DNA from: Microcystis aeruginosa NIES-843
GTDB taxonomy: Bacteria > Cyanobacteriota > Cyanobacteriia > Cyanobacteriales > Microcystaceae
Length of the DNA: 32,000 nucleotides
Reading direction: 5' to 3'
Assembly (NCBI RefSeq): GCF_000010625.1
Contig: NC_010296.1
Span: 810,001-842,000 of the forward strand
The notes beneath the pieces were generated by a model. It did no database searches. It had not been told where the DNA came from and worked only from the letters and a program-made list of their open reading frames with translations. Shown in pieces: positions 24,180-32,000 of this stretch (position 1 is the first letter of the stretch; the number at the start of each line of letters is the position of its first letter). The position numbers were made by a program, and so were the translations under genes.

Positions 24180-25287
24180 ATGGAAATATCGGAACTAAAA
24201 AAAGGTATCGAGATAGTAGGATTGCGCCTGGGTAAAACCCAGGACTATCTTTGACTTACCCACTTTAAGGGCCAAAATTAAAGACTTAGAACAGGTGGCG
24301 GCCGTCCCTACTTTTTGGGATAATCTCGATACGGCTCAAAAAACCCTGCAAGAACTAAATGAATGTAAATCTTCTTTAGAAACCTATCAGGGTTGGTGTG
24401 GACAATTAGAAGATACCAAGGCAATTATCGAGTTATTAGAATTAGAATCCGATCGAACTTTACTAGAAGAAGCGACGGACAATTTAACTCATTTACAGCA
24501 TGACCTCGATCGCTGGGAATTGCAACAGCTTTTAAATGGTCCCTACGACGCAAAAGGAGCGGTTTTAACGATTAATGCGGGGGCCGGGGGAACCGATGCC
24601 CAAGATTGGACAGAAATGCTCCTGAGAATGTATTCTCGCTGGGCCGAGAAACAGGGTTATAAAGTCACTTTAGCGGAAATATCAGAAGGAGATGAAGCGG
24701 GAATTAAATCGGTGACAATTGAGATTGCCGGAACTTATGCTTACGGTTATCTGAAAGGAGAAAAAGGCACCCATCGGTTAGTAAGAATTTCCCCTTTTAA
24801 TGCTAATGGTAAACGTCAAACCAGTTTCGCCGGGGTGGAAGTGATGCCAATTTTGGGCGATGATGCGGTGAGGGTAGAAATTCCCGATAAAGATTTAGAA
24901 ATTACCACCACTAGATCGGGGGGAAAAGGTGGACAAAATGTTAATAAAGTGGAAACTGCCGTGCGTGTAGTTCATCTTCCCACAGGTATCGCTGTGCGTT
25001 GTACCCAAGAGCGATCGCAATTACAAAATAAAGAAAAAGCCCTAGCTTTATTAAAAGCGAAATTGTTAATTATCGCTCGGGAACAACAGGCTCAAGCGAT
25101 CGCAGAAATTCGCGGCGATATGGTGGAGGCCGCTTGGGGCAATCAAATCCGTAACTATGTTTTTCATCCCTATCAATTGGTTAAGGACCTCCGTAGTAAT
25201 GTGGAAACCACCGATGTTACCCGGGTAATGAATGGGGATTTAGATAGCTTTATTGAAGCCTATTTACGTTTGGGGGGTGCAGTTTAA
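24180..25287 (+). CDS. prfB: Peptide chain release factor 2, with programmed +1 frameshift at 24249-24255
   Basis: A 24-codon leader ORF ([24 protein letters not shown]) ends at TAT CTT TGA C. Shifting +1 reads GAC TTA CCC and joins in frame to the track ORF (24295-25287). That ORF contains SPF (RISPFNA) and GGQ ([16 protein letters not shown]). Confidence 0.92.
24249..24255 (+). promoter_or_regulatory. RF2 autoregulatory +1 frameshift site CTT TGA C
   Basis: Identical to the classical CUU UGA C slippery/stop context, preceded by the same TAT codon as the classical E. coli site. Confidence 0.9.
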
Positions 25288-25481
25288 AGAAATGTATCGC
25301 CGTTGTCGTCCACAAGTCCCACTCCCGTGTGGACGCGATGATAAAATCTCCTCTTGGAAAAATGTCGATTTGCGTTGAAGCACTTTTTTGCTTGCTGTAT
25401 AAGGGTTTCGCCGATTTGACATCCCTAAAATGGATTTGCGTTGAAGCACTTTTTAGCATTTCCACTTCGCTCAAGGCTAGT

Positions 25482-27118
25482 CTAGGCCCAAAAGGGGAGA
25501 TAACGAGCATAACGAGTTGATTTAGATTCAGATTCGTCAAGTTTAATCAGTCCTGCTTCTTTAGTTGCCCCAATCACTTGAGAAACAGTATTGTTTTTTG
25601 ATTCATTTAAACAAAAGCGATTTCGTAAGGTTTGGTTAGACATCCGTTGATTATCGACATAGAGGAGACAACAGTGCTGATAACAAGCGCGAATACGGTC
25701 AGATTGACTCATTTTGCCAAAATCCTGATGAGCGAATAGGATAGAAGTTGTTCGGATCTCACCTACTCTAAAATCTGGTGCGGGAAGTTGAAATTTCTCG
25801 GCAGCGGAAATAACTTTATCAATACCACTGCCCTTTTCTTCACAAATGCCAAAACGACGCATTATGTCAGCTAATTGCTCATTACGGGAGCGATATTCGT
25901 CTATAAAGCGTTCTACTTTGATAAAAGGAATACCAGGGTTAGAGATTTCTACTCGATCATCATACATTTCAATCATCACCGAAGCGCCTGTAGCGAGAAA
26001 GTCCTGATGAATCAAAGCATTGGCGATCAGTTCTCGCAAAGCTTGTGGAGGAAACATTTTCACTTCTTCCCTAAGAACCTCCTCGATGACGCGATTTTGA
26101 GGGGCTAAATCGTGGACAAAATTAACTAGGGTTTGCTGAAAAAGCTTTTCCTGGGGGCAGGGTGTGGGGTGTGGGGTGTGGGGTGTGGGGTTTTACCAGT
26201 TTTGAGGTGGTCAACTACCTAATTTTCAGGGAAAAAGTACCTGAATTTTCCCCCGATCCCCGCAATGGCTGGCACTTTTTGAGGGGAAAAAAGTCCAAAA
26301 GTCTTATCCAACAAGGTTTTTAGATTTATTCAGCAGACCCTAACTAAACCATCAAAACCCACAGCATATCCCTTAGTTCCTGTCTGTTCCAGTCGAGTTT
26401 TAATTTTACCTGTTCCCTCATAGATAATCACTCGTGGTGCTTTACGCGCTAAGGTAGGGGAAAAGCTCTCAAGTTGTCTGGCCAGAAGGATGGCAGATAA
26501 ATTAGGAATTGTCCAACCTTGTGGGGTTTTTTGCAGGAGTTGATCGCCTTGTAATCTTTCTAAAACAGCATCACGATGGCTAGGATAGGGAAGCTTGAGC
26601 AATTCAAAGTAGGTTTGGGTGTCTAATAGGTCAATAACCTCATCTGGACTAGCATGAGAACGAGCAGGTTGACAAAACCAATCTTGTTGATCTTCAGCAA
26701 AGATGCGCTTAAGCAGATCAGGTGTCATGGGTACTAAGTCTTCCCCTGCTCGCATTAGATAAGCACCTTCAAAGGCGATAGGTTGTCCTGTGGGACGGGT
26801 TGGCACTTCAAAAACCAAGACACGACCATCAGGGTGGGCCAATTCGGTGATTTCCACGCGCAAGCGAAGTTTTTGAACGATTAGCGATTTAATGCTGTTA
26901 ATTTCTTCGGGTGTAGGAAAGGCTTGTGAACCAACAATTTTACGGGGACGTTTATCGGTAACACCTAAGATAAAATGGCCACCTCCTTCATTAGCAAGGG
27001 CGACGCAATATTTTAACAGTTTGATTGTATCAAATTGATTTTTAGCCTGTTTAAATTCTAGTCGCTCATTTTCCACTGGAGCATTTAACCAACCTTCTAG
27101 GGTCTCTAGGTTTATCAT
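25482..27118 (-). pseudogene. AlbA_2 (divergent AAA/Schlafen-like) plus HATPase_c_4 putative DNA-binding ATPase gene, interrupted by a MITE
   Basis: The N-terminal half is 26330-27118 (LEFKQAKNQF...ALANEGGGHFILGVTD). The C-terminal half is 25482-26063, with its frame open up to the MITE (ALRELIANALIHQDF...VEISNPG...YLPFWA). Removing 26129-26346 restores one 472-codon frame. Confidence 0.82.
26129..26340 (-). mobile_element. ~215-bp MITE, copy 5, inserted inside a gene
   Basis: Flanked by identical TAACTA at 26123-26128 and 26341-26346. It supplies the premature stop (..GLV|RVC*). Confidence 0.88.
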
Positions 27119-27257
27119 GCAGTAATCTCCTTCTGGGTGGGAATTTCCGTTTGGGGGGTAACAGTGCAGGTTATACTGATTCCTAAGATGAGAGCAGCTC
27201 TATTTTCTCGCAAATTCTGTTCTTATGCTATTTGTCCTCTACTAAGAAGAAAAATCA

Positions 27258-27509
27258 ATGGTTATTATCGAGATTACCAATGTGGAAGAAATATTGAGCG
27301 CAAAAATTGGCTCTTTCGCCGCTAAAATCGTTCAAGCTCTAGCAGATGATGAAGGGAAAGTGGAAGAGGTTCTCATCAAAGAATTACAGGCTAATTTTCA
27401 GGAAAGGGGCATTAAAGCTAATCTGTTTAGCGTCACTGGGTTAGATATGCTCGGCAATGGCAGGCTAGAAGTTAACGTTAATGTTCGTTCTGCTAATATG
27501 ATGTCCTAA
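27258..27509 (+). CDS. Small hypothetical protein (83 aa)
   Basis: The ORF is followed by a good intrinsic terminator. No motif recognised. Confidence 0.5.
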   Translation: MVIIEITNVEEILSAKIGSFAAKIVQALADDEGKVEEVLIKELQANFQERGIKANLFSVTGLDMLGNGRLEVNVNVRSANMMS

Positions 27510-27526
27510 GAGATAAAATCGCCAAT

Positions 27527-27561
27527 GGTTGGGTTAAATATAGTTAAACCCAACCTTATTT
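27527..27561 (+). terminator. Intrinsic terminator between convergent genes
   Basis: Stem GGTTGGGTT(AA)/(TT)AACCCAACC with a short loop, followed by TTATTTT. Confidence 0.7.
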
Positions 27562-27601
27562 TGGTAGTTACCGTCAAAGGCAATGGCAACGAAGCTTGAG
27601 G

Positions 27602-28765
27602 TTATAATAAACCAACAAAATGTAACGGTCCTTGACCGGTAATTAATTCGATAATAATTGCCAGAAAACCGATCATCGCTAATCGGCCATTCCACACCTC
27701 GGCTGCCGTTGTCATCCCCCATTCCCAACGTTCCTGGGGATACATTTTCATATTCGCTTTCGGATGGGTAATTTGCTCGAAAGTGGTGGGTTTTTCCTCT
27801 AGGGATTTGACCACTAACTGGGAGAGAGATTCGATAAACATCGGGTGAGTGTTAAGAGCCGGTACTCGCTGAAAATGTTCAATTCCCGCTTCTTCCGCCA
27901 CTTCTCGGTACTCTATATCGATTTCTTGCAGAGTTTCGATGTGTTCCGAGACAAAGCTAATCGGTACGACCAATAAATGCTTAATTCCCTGCTCTCCCAA
28001 CTCTTTTAAAGCATCTTCAGTATAGGGTTTTAGCCATTCCACTGGACCGACGCGACTTTGATAGGCTAAAGTGTACTGATTGGGTCGATTTAGCGTACGC
28101 ATGATCGCCCTAGTGCATTCTTCAATTTGCCTTTGATAGGGATCTCCCGCTTCCTCCACATAACTTTGGGGGACACCATGGGCGCTAAAAAAGATATGTA
28201 CTTGGTCAGGATTAGGACACTGCTCTAATTCTCGCGCGATCAGATCGGCCATAGCACTCAGATAAGTGGGATGATCGTACCAAGAAGGGATGAGAGTATA
28301 TTCCGTCAAACGCAGATAGGGATCCTGCTGCCACATTTCCTCCAGCACACGAAAACTGGAACCACTGGTACTGATGGAAAATTGGGGATAAAGGGGAAGA
28401 ATAACTAATTTTTTGATATGATCCCGTTTAATCCGCTCGATCGCTTCTTCGGTGAAGGGATTCCAATAACGCATCCCGATATAAACGCTCACCTCGCGCC
28501 CCATTTCCTTGAGACGTTGTTGCAGTGCCGTGGCCTGTGCTTCCGTAATCTTGAGTAAAGGGGAGCCACCACCAATCTGACGGTAATTTTCCTGGGATTT
28601 ACTCGCTCTTAGCGTCGATATTAACCAAGCTAACGGTTTTTGTAATCCTTTGATCGGTAAACGGATGATCTCTGGGTCAGAAAAAAGGTTAAATAGAAAA
28701 GGACGCACATCCTCTAACCGCTCCGGCCCACCCAAATTTAATAATAAAACGCCAACGCGACCCAT
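27602..28765 (-). CDS. hemH: Ferrochelatase with a C-terminal CAB/Hlip-like transmembrane domain
   Basis: The 387-aa ORF reads [18 protein letters not shown] and the cyanobacterial/plastid type II tail [26 protein letters not shown]. Confidence 0.92.
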
Positions 28766-28878
28766 AGTGTTAACAGATAATTTTTAAATTTTCAGATTCT
28801 TTACCAAGTTTAACAATATATCGGTGGAACCGTTAAAACAAATTACAGACAATATCGAACTTAATCAAATTTTGGAGG

Positions 28879-29508
28879 TTGATCTTGGCGACAATTTTAC
28901 GTCCCCTCAGTTATCAGTATCAATGGCTTTACGATGGTATCTCCCGTCTGGCTGCCCTAGCGGTGGGTGGGGAGACCCGTTTTCGGCAATTGGCCCTAGA
29001 AGGTTTAAAAATCGCTAAAAATGACCCTATCCTCGATCTCTGTTGTGGTGCGGGTCAAACCACCCGTTATTTAGTACCCCTATCCGATCGCTGTACCGGT
29101 TTAGATGTCTCTCCCGTGGCCCTGGAGCGAGCTAGTTTAGCGGTGCCGCAAGCGCATTATGTGGAGGGATTAGCCGAAAAAATGCCCTTTAATGCCGGAG
29201 AATTCGCCTTTGTTCATACTAGCGCCGCTCTCCACGAAATGGAACCGGAGCAGTTAGAGGAAATCCTCAAAGAAGTGTATCGAGTTCTCAGACCGGGGGG
29301 AATTTTTGCCCTCGTGGATTTTCATCGACCCACTAACCCGCTTTTTTGGCCTTCTTTGGCCCTATTTTTGCAATTATTTGAAACCCATACCGCTTGGCAA
29401 TTTATCGATAGGGACCTGATCCAATCTTTACAGGCGCTCGGTTTTCGTGATTGTCAACAAAAATTATACGCTGGTGGCAGTTTACAGGTGATTCAAGCGG
29501 CCAAGTGA
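28879..29508 (+). CDS. Class I SAM-dependent methyltransferase (Methyltransf_11-like)
   Basis: SAM motif ILDLCCGAGQ and post-I/II motifs. The track start is TTG directly abutting GGAGG. TTG at 28885 has better Shine-Dalgarno spacing. Confidence 0.8.
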   Translation: MILATILRPLSYQYQWLYDGISRLAALAVGGETRFRQLALEGLKIAKNDPILDLCCGAGQTTRYLVPLSDRCTGLDVSPVALERASLAVPQAHYVEGLAEKMPFNAGEFAFVHTSAALHEMEPEQLEEILKEVYRVLRPGGIFALVDFHRPTNPLFWPSLALFLQLFETHTAWQFIDRDLIQSLQALGFRDCQQKLYAGGSLQVIQAAK

Positions 29509-29607
29509 AGGGATCGGCCAGGCAAGATTTTCAGAGGCAGTCGGTCATTTATACTAAGTAGGGAAGCTGAGTTCGATCGACTCGGTGCCAGTTATTTTTG
29601 AGAAGTA

Positions 29608-30162
29608 ATGACTAGAGCAAAAATTCTACAACCCGATTTAATTTTAGGGGATACGATTCTCGGTCTCAGTCTGGAGATTTTGAGTCAGCATCAAATTAAA
29701 GGATTGATTCTCGATGTGGACGATACCCTTGTTCCCCTCCAGGAAACGACGGTTTCTGACGATTTACAGCGTTGGGTCGATTCCTTGCGTCTTTATCTAC
29801 CGATTTGGTTGGTAAGCAATAATCTTAGCGAAAATCGTATCGGTGCGATCGCTGATAATTTACAACTTCCCTACCTTCTCGGTGCGGTGAAACCCTCTCG
29901 ACGCAAACTCCGGCAAGCGATGGCAGCCATGAGTCTCCCCCCCCAACAAATTGCTATGGTTGGCGATCGCTTGTTTACCGATGTTTTAGCGGGAAATCGT
30001 CTGGGAATGTTTACCATTCTGGTGAAACCAATGGTAAATCCCTTGACGGGGGGGGCAGCTTATCCAATCCACGATTTTGAGGTGTGGATATCACAAATTC
30101 TCGGCGTTTCCCTGCATCCGCAGCATTACTTAATAAAACCTGACCAATCCTCACAAAAGTAA
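29608..30162 (+). CDS. YqeG-family HAD-IIIA phosphatase
   Basis: The 184-aa ORF has HAD motif I (LILDVDDTLVP) and motif IV (MVGDRLFTDVLAGN). Confidence 0.8.
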   Translation: MTRAKILQPDLILGDTILGLSLEILSQHQIKGLILDVDDTLVPLQETTVSDDLQRWVDSLRLYLPIWLVSNNLSENRIGAIADNLQLPYLLGAVKPSRRKLRQAMAAMSLPPQQIAMVGDRLFTDVLAGNRLGMFTILVKPMVNPLTGGAAYPIHDFEVWISQILGVSLHPQHYLIKPDQSSQK

Positions 30163-30414
30163 ATATTAAAAAATAATTAAGTATAGAGGAAAGGAGGGAA
30201 AAGTAGAAAATACTATAGATAATTTGAAATGAGGTCAGCCGAGATAAAGACCTTAAATATAACAAGGTCAATAGATGGACGGTGCCAGTTTTTGCGGATA
30301 TACGCCAAAAGCTGGCACTACTGTTTTAACGAAAACTTCCTGCTATAATTTGGCCAGATTGTGAGATAATAGGGAACGATTTTTTAGTTAATTCTCCCTG
30401 GCTTCACTCTATAT

Positions 30415-31170
30415 ATGAATCGAGATTCTTCCCTGCTATCATCCTCCTCGGTTGCGGAATTCAAGCGCAATTCCTTTGATTTGGAGTCACACCTACAAAA
30501 CTTTTTACAATTAGACCAAGAAATTCTACAAGCAAAATTAGCGATAGCAAAAGATTCCTTAGCGGCCTTAGCCCATCAAGAATTTTCTTGGACAAATCCA
30601 GATTATTTCTATCAGGAACAAGTCAAAGAAAACTATTTATTTGAATTATCTGCTTGGCATTTATCCAGTCAAGAATATATCGGGGAAACCCTGAGATTAA
30701 TTGATGATCACGGTAGCGGAAAAGTCTTAGATTTTGGTGGCGGAATCGGTACTCATGCCCTGGCTGCCGCAATGAATTCTGGGGTTGAACAGGTGATCTA
30801 TTGCGATCTTAATCCCCTACATCATGAATTTGTTCGCTTTCGTGCCGAGCAATTAAATCTCGATACTAATAAGCTCTCATTCTATACGGAAATTCCCGAA
30901 CGGCTAAAATTTGACACGATTATCTGTTTGGATGTCATCGAGCATTTGCCCTCACCTACAGCCCAACTTAAAAAGTTTTATGACTGGTTAAACCCAGGAG
31001 GAAAGCTAATTATTAACTGGTATTTTTTCAAAGGATTTAATCAAGAATATCCCTTTCATATCGACGATCCCAAAATTATTGAGAGCTTTTTTCAAACCCT
31101 ACAAAAAGATTTCCTAGAGATTTTTCATCCCTATCACATTACCGTGCGCTGTTATCGAAAAAATCAATAA
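30415..31170 (+). CDS. Class I SAM-dependent methyltransferase
   Basis: The 251-aa ORF has the motifs VLDFGGGIGTHA, CLDVIEHL and LNPGGKLII. Confidence 0.75.
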   Translation: MNRDSSLLSSSSVAEFKRNSFDLESHLQNFLQLDQEILQAKLAIAKDSLAALAHQEFSWTNPDYFYQEQVKENYLFELSAWHLSSQEYIGETLRLIDDHGSGKVLDFGGGIGTHALAAAMNSGVEQVIYCDLNPLHHEFVRFRAEQLNLDTNKLSFYTEIPERLKFDTIICLDVIEHLPSPTAQLKKFYDWLNPGGKLIINWYFFKGFNQEYPFHIDDPKIIESFFQTLQKDFLEIFHPYHITVRCYRKNQ

Positions 31171-31228
31171 TTGCCGGAAGAAGAGCAAACCAGAGGATGA
31201 TAGAAAAGTTAGAATTACCCTTGCAACT

Positions 31229-32000
31229 ATGACCCTAGATATTATCCCCGAAGGCGAAGAACGCAAAGTGGAAGCTGTCAGTAGTGCCGCCATTGATGGT
31301 GCGCCGATCGCCTATATTGTCGTCTTAGCCGCCATTGTCACTACCCTTTCTTTTATTCCCTTCTCCATTGTCCTCGCTTCTGGCGGTAGTATGCCCCTCA
31401 GTCAAGCGGTTTTTCCCCTCTTGGGTTGGTTACTCGGCCCGATCGCTGGGGCGATCGCTAGTGGCATTGGGTCCTTAATTGGGGCTTTCCTTGCCCCCTA
31501 CACGGCAGGAATTCCCGCTATTTCAGTCTTTGGGGCAATTATAGCCAGTTTTGTGGCGGGAACGATGGTTTTAGGCAAAAAACGCCGTTATTGGTGGTTA
31601 GGATTAACGTTAATTTTTCTGATTCCCCTGTTTATCTACGCTAACCGGGCGATCGGACTGAACGGCATTTCGCCACGAATCTTTATTGCCGGGGCTTTCG
31701 TCGATTGGTCAGCTTTGGTATTATTTATCCTACCAACCCGGACTCTTTTTACCCATTGGATCAAAGGTAGCAATTTGGCCCTAGTAGCGGCGGGAATTTT
31801 TGGAGGTACCTGGACTGCCAGCGGCCTCTCCCATTTAGGGGTCGTCGCCATTACCTACTCGATTTTTAACTGGCCCGAAGAAGTCTGGATCGCTTTAATT
31901 CCGATCATTCCTGTAGAAAATCTGATTCGTTCCTTCGTCGGTATGGTGATCGGTTGTGGTGTGATTGCCGGTTTACGGGCGATCGGTCTGGTTAAATCAC
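31229..32000 (+). CDS. Polytopic membrane protein, 3'-truncated by the window edge; not in the ORF track
   Basis: I translated ATG 31229 to the window end with no stop (257 codons). Several hydrophobic helices are present (IAYIVVLAAIVTTLSFIPF, LLGWLLGPIAGAIASGIGSLIGAF and others). The antisense track ORF 31636-31851 lies inside it. Confidence 0.65.
   Translation, partial: MTLDIIPEGEERKVEAVSSAAIDGAPIAYIVVLAAIVTTLSFIPFSIVLASGGSMPLSQAVFPLLGWLLGPIAGAIASGIGSLIGAFLAPYTAGIPAISVFGAIIASFVAGTMVLGKKRRYWWLGLTLIFLIPLFIYANRAIGLNGISPRIFIAGAFVDWSALVLFILPTRTLFTHWIKGSNLALVAAGIFGGTWTASGLSHLGVVAITYSIFNWPEEVWIALIPIIPVENLIRSFVGMVIGCGVIAGLRAIGLVKS

Noticed and set aside
25367-25454. Two copies of GATTTGCGTTGAAGCACTTTTT spaced 66 bp apart (CRISPR-like at first glance)
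   Set aside because: There are only two copies, the repeat is about 22 nt with no dyad symmetry, and there are no cas genes and no further units. I treat it as a local duplication in the prfB / pseudogene 3' spacer.
31636-31851. 71-aa minus-strand ORF
   Set aside because: It is antisense to a 257-codon stop-free plus-strand membrane-protein frame that runs to the window edge. The plus-strand frame is far more plausible.

Overview
The window looks like a cyanobacterial chromosome, probably Microcystis-like. That call is an inference from frequent GCGATCGC (HIP1) palindromes, heptamer microsatellites, psaM, ndhO and a ferrochelatase with a CAB tail. Most of it is housekeeping genes: a group-2-like sigma factor, a TrpD paralogue, LysR, TerC, a DCC oxidoreductase, psaM, a THUMP methyltransferase, mdh, ndhO, a GHL10 hydrolase, murD, prfB, hemH, three SAM methyltransferases and a YqeG phosphatase. 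Small mobile or repetitive DNA is unusually dense between them. It includes one IS630 copy, at least four MITE families (some nested or tandem) and composite microsatellite modules. I added several things that the ORF track misses. These are psaM (30 aa), the 5' exon and +1 frameshift of prfB, an ORF running off the 3' edge, a sigma-factor 3' remnant, and a 472-aa AlbA_2/HATPase_c_4-type gene split by a MITE. The best candidate for something undescribed is an AT-rich two-gene orphan operon with no HIP1 sites (6290-7979, minus strand), lying between repeat nests. I recognise no motif in either protein, so its function is open and I cannot confirm a novel system from sequence alone. The second notable structure is an ~11-kb segment (about 700-11700) bracketed by inverted duplicates of the sigma/DCC convergent gene junction, which is the signature of an inversion.
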